DNA from: Alphaproteobacteria bacterium
GTDB taxonomy: Bacteria > Pseudomonadota > Alphaproteobacteria > Bin95
Reading direction: 5' to 3'
Length of the DNA: 64,000 nt
Assembly: GCA_964291285.2 (NCBI GenBank)
Contig: OZ219786.1
Location: 544,001-608,000, forward strand
A model generated the notes under the pieces. It was not told the origin of the DNA. It was given only the letters and a program-made list of their open reading frames with translations, and ran no database searches. The stretch's first letter is position 1. Each line of letters opens with the position of its first letter. Below, piece after piece: positions 1 to 10,448 of the stretch. A program made the translations under genes and the position numbers.

Positions 1-1180
1 ACAACTGATCCCGGCTGTTCGACTGCCCTTGCAACTCGGCCAATCGACGCCACAGCCTCTTCAGCCGGCGCCGGCGCATGCCGCGTTCCTTCACCTGCCG
101 CCCCTCGCTGCGCACCAGGACGTAGAGCTCGCCATCCTCGACCAGAAGCTTGACAGTCACGGACTGGCGCACCTCCTGCCAGGGCAGGCCCAGGAACACC
201 TTCTCGAGCCGCGTCAGCCGGCCCTTGGGCGTGCCCACCAGGTAGCGCACCGGCGCCTCGCCCTCGCGCATCGCGGCCAGCGTCTCCTCGGTGGGGATGC
301 CGCGGTCCATGATCCACACCCGCTCGGAGCGGCCATACTGATCCTCGATCTTCTTGAGGAACGCCGCCAGCGTGGTGTCGTCGGAGGTGTTGCCCGGCAT
401 CACCTCATAGGCCAGCGGAAAGCCCTGCGGCGTAACGATCAGGGCGATCACCACCTGCACGCAGTCGGGCCGCTTGTCCCGGCTGTAGCCGAAGCGGCGC
501 TTGTCATCGAACGGCGGATCGCTCTCGAAGTAGGTCGAGGTCAGGTCGTAGAGCAGCACGTCGAAGCGCGCCTCGAACAGCGTCGCCCAGCGGTCGCGCA
601 GAAACGAGAAGAAGCCCTGCTTGTGCGCCAGCAGCTTGTCGAGACAGCGATAGAGTGTGTCGTCGGCGATCGCCCGCTCGCCACCCAGAAGATCGCGAAG
701 CGCGCTGTGCTCATACCAGTGACGGTGAAGGCGCCACTCGCTGCCCGGGTCGATCAGCCGGTAGCAGACCTGGATCTTCAGGATGTCCAGCCACCGCGTG
801 CCTTGCCGGCTCGCCGGCAGCCGCTCTTCCCAGAAGCGGTCCAGGTCCAGGCGGTCCCACAAGGACAGCGCCAGCCAGCACGCCCCCCACTGGCGCGGGT
901 CGTGAAGCGCCACCTGCGAGAGGTCGATCTTCACCACTTCGCAAGTCAGCGCCGGCGCCTCCCGGTCCTCGGGAAACAGCGCCATCTGCCGTGATCGCGA
1001 CTTGCCCTCCACCACCTCGATCGAGCGGCACCACGCCGCTCGCTGGCTGTCGTTGATCTCCCCGAGATAGAGCACCTGACGCTGAACAACCCGACCGCCG
1101 TGGACCCGGACGTTCTCCACAACGCTCCAGTAGCGGTGCTCCTTGCCGTCCTTGAAGCGTCTCTTGCAGCGCACGAACAT
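1..1180 (-). CDS. IS1634-family DDE transposase, 3' part runs off the window
   Basis: Not in ORF track because it has no stop in the window. Minus strand from ATG at 1180 reads MFVRCKRRFKDGKEHRYWSVVEN...QVLYLGEI, then DVLLYDLTSTYFE, FGYSRDKRPDCVQVVIAL, YEVMPGNTSD and WIMDRGI, typical IS1634 motifs. Confidence 0.9.
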   Translation of the reverse strand, partial: MFVRCKRRFKDGKEHRYWSVVENVRVHGGRVVQRQVLYLGEINDSQRAAWCRSIEVVEGKSRSRQMALFPEDREAPALTCEVVKIDLSQVALHDPRQWGACWLALSLWDRLDLDRFWEERLPASRQGTRWLDILKIQVCYRLIDPGSEWRLHRHWYEHSALRDLLGGERAIADDTLYRCLDKLLAHKQGFFSFLRDRWATLFEARFDVLLYDLTSTYFESDPPFDDKRRFGYSRDKRPDCVQVVIALIVTPQGFPLAYEVMPGNTSDDTTLAAFLKKIEDQYGRSERVWIMDRGIPTEETLAAMREGEAPVRYLVGTPKGRLTRLEKVFLGLPWQEVRQSVTVKLLVEDGELYVLVRSEGRQVKERGMRRRRLKRLWRRLAELQGQSNSRDQL

Positions 1181-1331
1181 CAGCGCAGCGTCCGGATCTT
1201 CGCCAGCCCGATCAAGGGGGTAGGTCGGCACTACAAGCCGGTCCCGAGAGGTACTGCACCGAAATCCGACACTTCTCGCGCCGGAAAACCGTCAAATCAG
1301 TCGATTCTCAAGCCGAGTTGCGGAAGTCGGG
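1..1331 (-). mobile_element. IS1634-family insertion sequence, one end visible
   Basis: Transposase plus ~150 bp upstream ending in CCGAGTTGCGGAAGTCGGG, after which composition turns AT-rich. Exact end inferred; the other end is outside the window. Confidence 0.65.
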
Positions 1332-1700
1332 CTAATGTAGTTGCCGGCCGGATGAATTCAAACCAATTTCAGATATAATTCCAAATTATAGAACAAAATA
1401 AGATTTGAAATCATGAGTCCGGTCAGGCGGGAAGACCGGCAGCTGTTTCCCCAAGGTCCTTAGTTTACAGGCTTTCTGCATGTCCGGACCCCGTCCAAAA
1501 CTGGCCGTTCCCGACTCAGGGCAACATCGTTCGCGCGCTTCCAGATGCCGTTCCACAAGGGCGATACACCCTCGATTTAGTAAGTCCGACTTAAAGTCAT
1601 CCACAAGACGAAAGCGAATATCCTAAGTCAATACGCTTTTTGTTCCATTACGGCACGGAGAGGGCCAATTCGCATTGGTAGATTTTTTACTGCGCAAGGC

Positions 1701-1763
1701 TTGACGAGTGGCAGCAAAGTGGAAGAAAGTGGCGCTAAGTGGTAGCGAAGTGGCTGAAAGGGG
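1701..1763 (+). promoter_or_regulatory. dcw promoter region with MraZ-type direct repeats
   Basis: TTGACG at 1701, then AGTGG at 1707, 1718, 1728, 1738, 1749 and AGGGG at 1759 (10-11 bp period), directly upstream of mraZ. Confidence 0.75.
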
Positions 1764-1790
1764 CAATGCCTCTCGCCTAAAACACGAAAG

Positions 1791-2300
1791 GTGGAGTCTC
1801 CGGTGCGGGTCTCGGGCCAATACGACGCGAAACTGGATGCCAAAGGTCGGGTGATCGTGCCTGCGGCCCATAGGCGTGCGATTCCCCAGGATGCCGAAAT
1901 GCGGTTGCTGGCCGCGCCCGTTTTCGACGACCGCGACGCCATCTTTTTCTGCGAAGAGAGATATTTGCAGAATTGGGCTAAAGACATCCATGAAAAACTG
2001 CAGGATGCCAGAACCGCGAGCGGCAAGCCGATCGACTCCGGCAAGATCGTCAGCCTCTTCGTCGGCGGCTCGCGCGACGCGCAAATCGACGGACAGGGCC
2101 GCCTGCTGCTGCCGCAGGATTTCCGTCAGGCCTGCAAGATCGAGAATGAAGTCCGCTTCATCGGCAATGTCGGCATTATCGAGATCTGGAAGCCGGCCGC
2201 CCATGACACCTGGGTCGGAAACGTAACGGCCGAACTCGACGAAGACACGAAGGCGCTCATCCGCTTCGGCGGGTTCCTGCAGTCGGAGTCCGGGTCATGA
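1791..2300 (+). CDS. mraZ: Transcriptional regulator MraZ
   Basis: Two DxxGR motifs (LDAKGRV, IDGQGRLLLP) and IEIW; first gene of the dcw cluster. Start approximate. Confidence 0.9.
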   Translation: MESPVRVSGQYDAKLDAKGRVIVPAAHRRAIPQDAEMRLLAAPVFDDRDAIFFCEERYLQNWAKDIHEKLQDARTASGKPIDSGKIVSLFVGGSRDAQIDGQGRLLLPQDFRQACKIENEVRFIGNVGIIEIWKPAAHDTWVGNVTAELDEDTKALIRFGGFLQSESGS

Positions 2301-3223
2301 CCGCCGGCGGGCATGTCCCGGTCATGGCTTCGGAGGTCGTCGCCGCCATCGGGCCGCGAGCCGGCGGGCGGTATGTGGATGCTACTTTCGGCCGCGGCGG
2401 CTATTCGCGCGCGCTGCTGGCTTCGGCCCCTTGCCGCGTGCTCGCGCTCGACTGCGACCCGGCAGCCGAAGGCGCAGCCGCTGCGCTCGGCCGGGACTGC
2501 GGAGACCGTTTCCGTTTCCGTCGGGCCCGCTTTTCCGAGATGGAGGGCATTGCCGCCGACGAGGCCTTTGCGCCGGCGGACGGCATCGCGTTCGACCTCG
2601 GCGTGTCCTCCGCGCAGCTTGACGATCCCGCAAGAGGCTTTTCCTTCGCGTCCGGCCCGCTCGATATGCGGATGAGCGGCGAAGGTCCAAGCGCGGCCGA
2701 TCTCGTCGCCGGCCTGGATGAGGGCCGTCTGGCCGACCTTATCCGCCGCTATGGCGAGGAGCCGCGCTCCCGCCGGGTGGCACGCGCAATCGCTTCCGCG
2801 CGAAGCGAAGCGCCGATCCGCACCACGGACCGCCTCGCCGCCATTGTCGCGCGCGTCGTGCCTGCCGACGGACGCATTCATCCGGCAACCCGGACCTTCC
2901 AGGCGCTGCGGATCGCCGTCAATGACGAGCTCGGAGAGCTCGACCGCGGCCTCGCGGCCGCTGAGAGGCTGCTTGCCCCGGGCGGGCGGCTTGCCGTGGT
3001 TTCCTTCCATTCGCTGGAGGACCGCGCGGTGAAGCGCTTCCTGCGCGAGCGCAGCGGCGCGGTTCCGGGCCCCTCCCGCCACCGCCCGCCGAAGGCTCCG
3101 CCTCCACCGGCATCCTTCCGGCTCCTTCACCGGCGCGCCGTCGGTCCCAGCACCGCCGAAGTCGCCGACAATCCCCGTGCGCGGTCCGCACGGATGCGCG
3201 CCGCCGAGAGGCTCGCAGCATGA
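2297..3223 (+). CDS. rsmH: 16S rRNA m4C1402 methyltransferase
   Basis: HVPVM, VDATFGRGGYS, DLGVSSAQLD, HPATRTFQALRIAVN, SFHSLEDR, NPRARSA. Confidence 0.97.
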   Translation: MTAGGHVPVMASEVVAAIGPRAGGRYVDATFGRGGYSRALLASAPCRVLALDCDPAAEGAAAALGRDCGDRFRFRRARFSEMEGIAADEAFAPADGIAFDLGVSSAQLDDPARGFSFASGPLDMRMSGEGPSAADLVAGLDEGRLADLIRRYGEEPRSRRVARAIASARSEAPIRTTDRLAAIVARVVPADGRIHPATRTFQALRIAVNDELGELDRGLAAAERLLAPGGRLAVVSFHSLEDRAVKRFLRERSGAVPGPSRHRPPKAPPPPASFRLLHRRAVGPSTAEVADNPRARSARMRAAERLAA

Positions 3224-3621
3224 GCGCCAGGACGACATTCTTCTGGTGCATCGGCGCAGCGGCCATGGCGGCCGGCCTGTTCGCGGTCGGCGACCATGTT
3301 CGCGACCGCAAGGACCGCCTTGCCGAACTCAACCGCCTGGTTCTCGCCGAGCGCGAGCGCATCCAGGTGCTACGCAGCGAGCTTGCTTTCCTCACGCAGC
3401 CGCAAACCCTCGAATTCCAGAATGCGCGCGCCCTGGGCCTTGTCCCCATCGAGGCGGATCAGCTTCACCGGCCGAGTTTCCTCCCGGCTCGCCCGGCCAG
3501 CTCTCCCGAACCGCCTCTGACCGGGGCGCGCGCCGGGCGGGACGGCAATTCCGGCTCCGGACTCCCGACGGAGCCGCCGTCCCGCCTGTCTTTCGCCACC
3601 GGGACGGGAGGTCGACAATGA
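3220..3621 (+). CDS. ftsL: Cell division protein FtsL-like
   Basis: N-terminal TM then coiled coil (ERIQVLRSELAFLTQP); lies between rsmH and ftsI with ATGA overlaps. Confidence 0.75.
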   Translation: MSARTTFFWCIGAAAMAAGLFAVGDHVRDRKDRLAELNRLVLAERERIQVLRSELAFLTQPQTLEFQNARALGLVPIEADQLHRPSFLPARPASSPEPPLTGARAGRDGNSGSGLPTEPPSRLSFATGTGGRQ

Positions 3622-5291
3622 ACCCGCACCGTTCGGCGGCGCCGGCCCTTGCGCTGGCCCGCACCCGCCTCGCATTCGGCGTACTCGCCTTCGTGGTGAG
3701 TCTCGCCGTCCTGTCGATCAAGCTTGTCGAACTCGGCACCCTGGCTGAGGAACGCCCGCCGCCCGCCCGGACGGCTGCTTCGGAACATCCGGTGAAACGC
3801 GGCGACATGCTGGACCGCAACGGACAACTGCTGGCCACCAGCGTCGTGTCGCGAGCACTGGTGGCCTGGCCGCCGGAGATCGACGATGTCGAGGCCGCTG
3901 CCGCGCAGCTTTCTACCGCCTTGCCCTGGCTCAGTTTCGAGGAGGCACGCCAACGCCTGTCGCTCAAACAGAAATTCGTCTTCGTCACGCGGCGCCTGAC
4001 GCCGCAGGACCAGAAGGCGGTGCTCGACCTCGGCCTGCCGGGCATCGGCCTCAGGTCCGAAGACATGCGCATCTACCCCCATGGGCGTCTCGCCGCCCAT
4101 GTGCTCGGACGCACGGAGCCGAGCGACGGCGGCCTTGTCGGCAATGCCGGCGCGGAGCAGCGCTTCAACGAGATTCTCTCCGACCCGACGCAGAGCGTGC
4201 AGCTCTCCATCGATATCCGCATCCAGCACATCATCCGCGAGGAGTTGACGCGCGCGGTCGAGCATTTCTCCGCCATCGGCGGCGCCGGCCTGGTGCTCGA
4301 CATCCGCACCGGCGAAGTGCTGGCGATGGTTTCATTGCCCGATTTCGACCCCAATCGGAAGGCAAAGATGGACGAAGCGCGGGCCAACCGGGCCTCGCTT
4401 CTGGTTGCCGAGATGGGTTCGACGTTCAAGCTTCTCACGCTTGCCACAGCGCTGGACCGGGGCATTTCGCGGCTGACCAGCCGCTTCGATGCAACCGCGC
4501 CGATCAAGGCGTTCGGGCACAGGATCCGCGACTATCGCGGCCAGGACCGCGTGCTTTCGGCCGCCGAGGTCGTCGTCCACTCGTCCAATATCGGCGCCGC
4601 GCGGATGGCCGAGAAAATCGGCGCGGAAACCTTCAAGGAATATCTCGACGGGCTGGGCCTGCTGAGCCGCCCGGCGCTTGAGCTGCCGGAAGTCGGCCAT
4701 CCGATCGTGCCGCGAAGTTGGCATCCGCTGACGACGATGACGGTCGGCTTCGGCCACGGCCTTTCCGTGAGCCCGCTTCAGACCGCATCGGCCATCGGGG
4801 CGCTGGCGAATGACGGCATGGCGGTGCCGGTTACCCTGCTGAGGCGTACCGTGCCGCCGACGGCCCGGAGAGTCTTTTCTTCCGAGACCTCCGACAAGAT
4901 GCGCTGGATGATGCGCCAGGTCGTGCTGCGCGGAAGCGGGTCCAGGGCGGACAATGCCTCCTATCCCGTCGGCGGCAAGACCGGTACGGCCGAAAAGGTG
5001 GTGAACGGCCGCTACGACCGCAGCAAGCGGCTGAGTTCCTTTGTCGGCGTCTTCCCCATCGCCGACCCGCGCTTTGCGGTCATCGTCATGCTCGACGAGC
5101 CGAAGGCCGTCGAAGGAACTTATGGTTTCGCGACCGCCGCCTGGAATGCCGTTCCGGTGGCCGGGGCCGTGATCCCGCGCATCGGATCGATTCTCGGCGT
5201 CCCGGTGGCCGGTCCGGACTCGGATGCGTGGATGCAGCGCGTCGTCCCCGACCGGCTTCTGTCGCGGCTGTTCCTGGACGAAGAAGCCTGA
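3618..5291 (+). CDS. ftsI: Septal transpeptidase PBP3
   Basis: RGDMLDRNG, GSTFK (SxxK), SSN, KTGT. Start at ATG 3618 within ORF 3177..5291. Confidence 0.95.
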   Translation: MNPHRSAAPALALARTRLAFGVLAFVVSLAVLSIKLVELGTLAEERPPPARTAASEHPVKRGDMLDRNGQLLATSVVSRALVAWPPEIDDVEAAAAQLSTALPWLSFEEARQRLSLKQKFVFVTRRLTPQDQKAVLDLGLPGIGLRSEDMRIYPHGRLAAHVLGRTEPSDGGLVGNAGAEQRFNEILSDPTQSVQLSIDIRIQHIIREELTRAVEHFSAIGGAGLVLDIRTGEVLAMVSLPDFDPNRKAKMDEARANRASLLVAEMGSTFKLLTLATALDRGISRLTSRFDATAPIKAFGHRIRDYRGQDRVLSAAEVVVHSSNIGAARMAEKIGAETFKEYLDGLGLLSRPALELPEVGHPIVPRSWHPLTTMTVGFGHGLSVSPLQTASAIGALANDGMAVPVTLLRRTVPPTARRVFSSETSDKMRWMMRQVVLRGSGSRADNASYPVGGKTGTAEKVVNGRYDRSKRLSSFVGVFPIADPRFAVIVMLDEPKAVEGTYGFATAAWNAVPVAGAVIPRIGSILGVPVAGPDSDAWMQRVVPDRLLSRLFLDEEA

Positions 5292-6733
5292 TGTCCGCTG
5301 CCGGGTGCCGGATCGATCTCGATGCGCTCGGCATCTGCGGCATGACCGCCGACTCCCGCCAGGTCCGGCCGGGATATCTGTTCCTGGCCGTTCCCGGCGC
5401 CAATGCGGACGGCCGGGCCTTCATCCCGGACGCACTCGCCAGGGGCGCCAGTGCAATACTCGCGCCTGTCGGCACCGCCGTCGGCTCGCTGCCGGCCGGC
5501 GTCGCCGTCATTCTGGACGAGGCCCCGCGCCGGCTGTTCGCCCGGCTGGCGGCGCGGTTTTTCGGCGTGCAGCCGGCAAGGGTCACCGCCGTGACCGGCA
5601 CCAGCGGCAAGACCTCGGTGGTGGACTTCATCCGCCAATTGTGGCGCCTGCTCGGCCTGCCGGCGGCCAGTCTCGGCACGCTCGGCCTCGTCGCGCCGGG
5701 CGATTGCCGCGCGGGCGCGCTCACCACGCCCGACCCCGTCGAGCTGCACCGCGAGCTGGCCCGGCTGGCGGACGCCGGCATCGACCGGGTGGCGCTGGAG
5801 GCGTCCAGCCACGGCCTCGACCAGCACCGCCTCGACGGCGTGGAGGTCTCGACGGGCGTGTTCACCAATCTCTCGCGCGACCACCTCGACTACCATCCGG
5901 ACTTCGAGAGCTATCTGGACGCCAAGCTCGGCCTGTTCCGCAGGGTCATGCCGCCGGGCGGGCTCGCCGTGGTCAATGCGGACGACCCGGCCGGCATGGC
6001 GGCGGGCGAGACGGCCCGCGCCGCCGGGCACGATGTCTGGCATTTCGGGCGAACCGGGCCGGCGCTGGAGATCGCAATCGAGCGGCTTGAGCCCGCCGAA
6101 GACGGACAGATTGCGGCGTTCCGCTTCCTCGGCCGCCGCCACCGCGTGCGCATGCCCTTTATCGGCACGTTCCAGGCGGAGAACGCGCTCGCGGCGCTTG
6201 GAGCCGTTGCGGGCGAACGCGAAGACCCCCATTCGGTCGTGGCCTGCCTTGAGGGGCTCAGCGGCGTTCGCGGCCGGCTCGAACTCGCGGCGCGCGCATC
6301 TTCGGGCGCGCCGGTTTATGTCGATTACGCCCACAAGCCGGGGGCGCTCGCCGCAGTGCTGGAGGCGCTCCGTCCTTTCGTGCGCGGCCGCCTCGTGCTG
6401 GTCTTTGGCGCCGGCGGCGACCGCGATGCCGGCAAACGGCCGGAGATGGGCGCCGTGGCGGAGCGGCTGGCCGACCGGGTCATCGTTACCGACGACAACC
6501 CGCGCACCGAGGACCCGGCGGCGATCCGGGCCGCAATTCTCGCCGCCTGCCCCGGCGCAGCGGAAATCGGCGACCGGAAGGCGGCCATAGCCGCAGGCAT
6601 GGACGACGCCGGCCCCGGGGACGTCCTGCTGATCGCCGGAAAGGGACACGAAACCAGCCAGACCGTCGGCGCGGAGGTTCATCCGTTCGACGACCGGGCC
6701 GTCGCGCGGCAACTGGCGGAGCAGGCGGCATGA
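5291..6733 (+). CDS. murE: UDP-MurNAc-tripeptide synthetase (meso-DAP type)
   Basis: VTGTSGKT, LTTPD, EASSHGL, DYAH, GGDRD, DDNPR, AGKGHE. Confidence 0.96.
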   Translation: MSAAGCRIDLDALGICGMTADSRQVRPGYLFLAVPGANADGRAFIPDALARGASAILAPVGTAVGSLPAGVAVILDEAPRRLFARLAARFFGVQPARVTAVTGTSGKTSVVDFIRQLWRLLGLPAASLGTLGLVAPGDCRAGALTTPDPVELHRELARLADAGIDRVALEASSHGLDQHRLDGVEVSTGVFTNLSRDHLDYHPDFESYLDAKLGLFRRVMPPGGLAVVNADDPAGMAAGETARAAGHDVWHFGRTGPALEIAIERLEPAEDGQIAAFRFLGRRHRVRMPFIGTFQAENALAALGAVAGEREDPHSVVACLEGLSGVRGRLELAARASSGAPVYVDYAHKPGALAAVLEALRPFVRGRLVLVFGAGGDRDAGKRPEMGAVAERLADRVIVTDDNPRTEDPAAIRAAILAACPGAAEIGDRKAAIAAGMDDAGPGDVLLIAGKGHETSQTVGAEVHPFDDRAVARQLAEQAA

Positions 6734-8097
6734 CGCTCTGGACCGCCAGCGAAGCCGCCGCCGCCACCGGAGGCGCGCCGCAGGGCGGCTGGGAGGCCTC
6801 GGGCGTCGCCATCGACAGCCGCACGATCACGGCCGGCGACCTTTTCGTGGCCGTGGCCGGGCCGAACCATGACGGGCACTGCTTCGTCGGCCAGGCGCTG
6901 GAAGGCGGAGCGGCGGCGGCGATGGTGAGCCGCGACTGCGGCAGGGACGTGCCCTCGCTCCATGTTCCTGACACGCGCGCGGGCCTGTATGCGCTCGCCC
7001 GCGCCGCGCGCGCGCGCTCGACGGCGCGCATTGCAGCCATCACCGGCAGCGTCGGCAAGACGGGCTGCAAGGACCTGCTGTTTCACCTGCTTTCCCGCGC
7101 CGGCGCGACGGAAGCCAGCCGGGGCAATCTCAACAATGAGTGGGGCGCGCCGCTGTCCCTCGCCCGCCTGCCGCGCGAAGCGGCCTTCGCCGTCTTCGAG
7201 CTCGGCATGAACCATGCGGGCGAGATCGCGCCCCTCTCCCGCCTGGTCCGCCCCCATGCGGCGCTGGTGACCGCCATCGCCCCTGCGCACACGGCGTTCT
7301 TCTCCAGCCTCGCCGAGGTCGCCGACGCCAAGGCGGAGATATTCGCGGGGCTCGAGCCGGGCGGCACTGCCGTGCTCAATACCGACACGCCGCATGTCGA
7401 ACGCCTCGAAGCCGCGGCCGCGCGCGCCGGTGCGGATATCCTGCGGTTCTCCCGCCGGGCGGGCGATGCGGTGTTGCTCCATGCCTCGCTCGATGGCTCC
7501 GGCAGCGACATCGCGGCGGAAATCCGGGGCCGGCGGTTCGAGTTCCGACTGGGCGCTCCAGGCGCGCATTGGGCGCTCAATGCGCTCGGCGTTCTGCTGG
7601 TGCTGGATGCGTTCGGCGTCACGCCGGACCCCGAGGTCCTGGCCGATTTCCGCCCGCCCGCCGGCCGCGGCGCCCGCAGGGACCTGGGCGGCTGGACGCT
7701 GATCGACGAGAGCTACAATGCGAGCCCGGCCGCGATGAACGCCGCCATCGGCGTGCTGGGGCTCTGCAAACCCGGTCCCGGCGGGCGGCGGATCGCGGTT
7801 CTGGGCGACATGCTGGAGCTGGGCGCGGATGCGGGCCCCGCCCATGCCGGACTCGCAGCGCCGCTCGAGGCGGCCGGGGTCGATCTCGTCTTCGCCGCCG
7901 GGCCCGAGATGCGCCGGCTGTTCGACCGCCTGCCGCGCGTCCGGGGCGGCGCGCACCGGCCCGATGCCGCGGCCCTCGCTCCCCTGGTCGCGGACGCGGT
8001 GGCGCCGGGCGACATCGTGCTCGTCAAGGGCTCGCTCGGCATGGGCATGAAGCCCGTGATCGAGGCGCTGGAGCGCCGCGCAGGGGAAGGAGGTTGA
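6730..8097 (+). CDS. murF: UDP-MurNAc-pentapeptide synthetase
   Basis: ITGSVGKT, NLNNEWG, ELGMNHAGEI, DESYNASP, GDMLELG, VKGS. Confidence 0.96.
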   Translation: MTLWTASEAAAATGGAPQGGWEASGVAIDSRTITAGDLFVAVAGPNHDGHCFVGQALEGGAAAAMVSRDCGRDVPSLHVPDTRAGLYALARAARARSTARIAAITGSVGKTGCKDLLFHLLSRAGATEASRGNLNNEWGAPLSLARLPREAAFAVFELGMNHAGEIAPLSRLVRPHAALVTAIAPAHTAFFSSLAEVADAKAEIFAGLEPGGTAVLNTDTPHVERLEAAAARAGADILRFSRRAGDAVLLHASLDGSGSDIAAEIRGRRFEFRLGAPGAHWALNALGVLLVLDAFGVTPDPEVLADFRPPAGRGARRDLGGWTLIDESYNASPAAMNAAIGVLGLCKPGPGGRRIAVLGDMLELGADAGPAHAGLAAPLEAAGVDLVFAAGPEMRRLFDRLPRVRGGAHRPDAAALAPLVADAVAPGDIVLVKGSLGMGMKPVIEALERRAGEGG

Positions 8098-8103
8098 GGA
8101 GCC

Positions 8104-9192
8104 GTGCTTTACAACCTCCTCACGCCACTGGCCGAAGACTTCCAGCTCTTCAACCTGTTCCGCTACATCACCTTCCGGTCCGGGGCGGCGACGCTGACCG
8201 CGCTTGTGCTGAGCTTCCTGCTCGCGCCCGGCATGATCGCCTGGCTGCGCGCCAGACAGGCCGAAGGGCAGCCGATCCGCGAAGACGGCCCGAAATCGCA
8301 TCTGGAGACCAAGCGCGGCACGCCGACCATGGGCGGCACGCTGATCCTCTCGGCTCTCATCGCCAGCACGCTGCTCTGGGCCGACCTTGCCAATCCCTAT
8401 GTGTGGATCGTGCTGGCGGTGACGCTCTGCTTCGGCCTTGTCGGTTTTGCGGACGACTATCTGAAGCTCGCCCGCCGCAGCAGCCGCGGTCTTTCGGGCA
8501 AGACCAAACTCGCGGTCCAGATTGCAGTGAGCGCGGCGGCCGCCATTGCGGCGGCGGAAATTGTCGGCGAGCCGCTCGGTTACGGGCTTGCCATCCCCGT
8601 CTTCAAGGACCTCGTGATCGACCTTGGCTGGTTCGCCGTGCCCTTCGCGGTGCTGGTGATGACCGGGGCGTCGAACGCGGTCAACCTCACCGACGGCCTC
8701 GACGGCCTCGCGATCGTGCCGGTCATGATCGCCGCCGGCTGCTTCGGCATCATCGCCTATCTGGCCGGCCACACCGTGTTTGCGGAGTATCTGCAGATCC
8801 ACCCGGTCCCGGGCGCCGGCGAGCTTTCCGTGCTGTTGGGCGCGCTGGTGGGCGCATCCCTCGGCTTCCTCTGGTACAACGCGCCGCCGGCCATGGTCTT
8901 CATGGGCGACACGGGCTCGCTCGCCTGCGGCGGCACGCTCGGCTCGGTCGCGGTCATCACCAAGCACGAACTGGTGCTCGCCATTGTCGGCGGGCTTTTC
9001 GTGCTCGAGGCGGTCTCGGTGATCGTTCAGGTGGCCTCGTTCCAGCTCACCGGCAAGCGCGTGTTCCGCATGGCGCCCCTGCACCACCACTTCGAGCAAA
9101 AGGGCTGGCGGGAGCCGACCATCGTCATCCGCTTCTGGATCATTGCCGTCGTGCTCGCGCTCGTCGGCCTCGCAACATTGAAGCTCCGATGA
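8104..9192 (+). CDS. mraY: Phospho-MurNAc-pentapeptide transferase
   Basis: [42 protein letters not shown]. Confidence 0.98.
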   Translation: MLYNLLTPLAEDFQLFNLFRYITFRSGAATLTALVLSFLLAPGMIAWLRARQAEGQPIREDGPKSHLETKRGTPTMGGTLILSALIASTLLWADLANPYVWIVLAVTLCFGLVGFADDYLKLARRSSRGLSGKTKLAVQIAVSAAAAIAAAEIVGEPLGYGLAIPVFKDLVIDLGWFAVPFAVLVMTGASNAVNLTDGLDGLAIVPVMIAAGCFGIIAYLAGHTVFAEYLQIHPVPGAGELSVLLGALVGASLGFLWYNAPPAMVFMGDTGSLACGGTLGSVAVITKHELVLAIVGGLFVLEAVSVIVQVASFQLTGKRVFRMAPLHHHFEQKGWREPTIVIRFWIIAVVLALVGLATLKLR

Positions 9193-10448
9193 TCCCGCTG
9201 CCGGCATGTCGCGGCGCCGAGGTGGGCGTCATGGGGCTCGGACGGTCCGGCCGGGCGGCAGCGGCTGCCCTGGCGGCGGCCGGCGCGAGTCTGCATGTCT
9301 GGGACGACCGCGAGGAGTTGCGCCGGGACTTCGGCGATGTGCAGCCCCTCGACCCGTCCGGCCTGGATCGGCTGGTCTGGAGCCCCGGCATCCCTCATCT
9401 CCACCCGCGGCCGCATCCGCTTGCGGTCAGGGCGGACGCCGCCCGCGTACGGCCGGAGGCGGACATCTCCCTGCTCGTCGAAGCCATGCCGGACTGCCGT
9501 TTCGTCGGCATCACCGGCACCAACGGCAAATCGACGGTGACGACCCTGATCGGGCATGCCCTCGACAGGCTGGGGCTGCCGCATGCGGTCGGCGGCAATC
9601 TCGGGCCGGCGGCGCTCGGTCTGCCGGCCCTCGGGCCCGGCGGCGTCTATGTGCTCGAGCTCTCCTCCTACCAACTCGCGCTGATGGCGCGCCCGGCCTT
9701 CGACGTCGCCGTGCTCCTCAATATCGCTCCGGACCATCTCGACCGGCATGGCGGGATGCATGGCTATGCCGCCGACAAGGCCCGTATTTTCCGGAACCGG
9801 GCGAGCGCCATTGTCGGCGTATCGGACCCCTGGTGCTGCCGGCTGGCAGCGCGTTTGCGGGCCGAAGGCCGGACTGTCGTCGCAACGGGAGACGACGGCC
9901 CGGCGCTCCCCGCCCTGCCCGGCCTCCACAACCGCCGCAATGCAGCCGCCGCGCTGGCGGCGCTCGGCGCGCTCGGCATCGACCGCCGGGATGCGCTCGA
10001 AGCCATGGACGGCTTCCGGGGCCTGCCGCACAGGATGGAAACCGTCGGCGAGGTCGCCGGCGTCCGCTATGTGAACGACAGCAAGGCGACCAACCCGGAG
10101 TCGGCGGCCTTTGCACTCGCCAGCTTCGAGCGGGTCCGCTGGATCGCCGGCGGACAGGCCAAAACCGACAATCTCGACGCGGTCCGGCCGTGGTTCGAAC
10201 GGATCGCGAAGGCCTATCTCATCGGCGCGTCCGAGGCCCCGTTCGCAGCGGCGCTTGCCGGCCATGCCGCATGCGAGTGCCTGGGCAGCCTCGACGCGGC
10301 GCTGGCGGCCGCCCATCGCGACGCGCGGCCCGGCGAAGTCGTGCTGCTGGCGCCCGCCGCTGCATCCTTCGACCAGTGGGACAGTTTCGAGGCGCGCGGC
10401 GATGCCTTTCGCGAGGGCGTGCGCGGGCTTGCGGGAGGTGCGGCATGA
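9189..10448 (+). CDS. murD: UDP-MurNAc-L-Ala:D-Glu ligase
   Basis: [41 protein letters not shown]. Start ATG 9189. Confidence 0.96.
   Translation: MIPLPACRGAEVGVMGLGRSGRAAAAALAAAGASLHVWDDREELRRDFGDVQPLDPSGLDRLVWSPGIPHLHPRPHPLAVRADAARVRPEADISLLVEAMPDCRFVGITGTNGKSTVTTLIGHALDRLGLPHAVGGNLGPAALGLPALGPGGVYVLELSSYQLALMARPAFDVAVLLNIAPDHLDRHGGMHGYAADKARIFRNRASAIVGVSDPWCCRLAARLRAEGRTVVATGDDGPALPALPGLHNRRNAAAALAALGALGIDRRDALEAMDGFRGLPHRMETVGEVAGVRYVNDSKATNPESAAFALASFERVRWIAGGQAKTDNLDAVRPWFERIAKAYLIGASEAPFAAALAGHAACECLGSLDAALAAAHRDARPGEVVLLAPAAASFDQWDSFEARGDAFREGVRGLAGGAA

Noticed and set aside
29-994. 321-aa plus-strand ORF
   Set aside because: Antisense shadow of the IS1634 transposase.
1332-1700. 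RNase P RNA or oriC upstream of mraZ
   Set aside because: No rnpB signature sequences seen, and only one near-consensus DnaA box.
6679-9207. Long antisense or alternative-frame ORFs (also 19350..22559, 27478..29736, 34118..36799, 38437..40242)
   Set aside because: Overlap well-supported genes and show no motifs of their own beyond parts shared with real genes; expected in high-GC DNA.
7140-10448. Apparent large fusions in the ORF track (1102-aa MurD, 704-aa FtsI, 862-aa permease, 335-aa S20)
   Set aside because: Upstream extensions are stop-free frame run-on; real starts with RBS or stop/start overlaps lie downstream.
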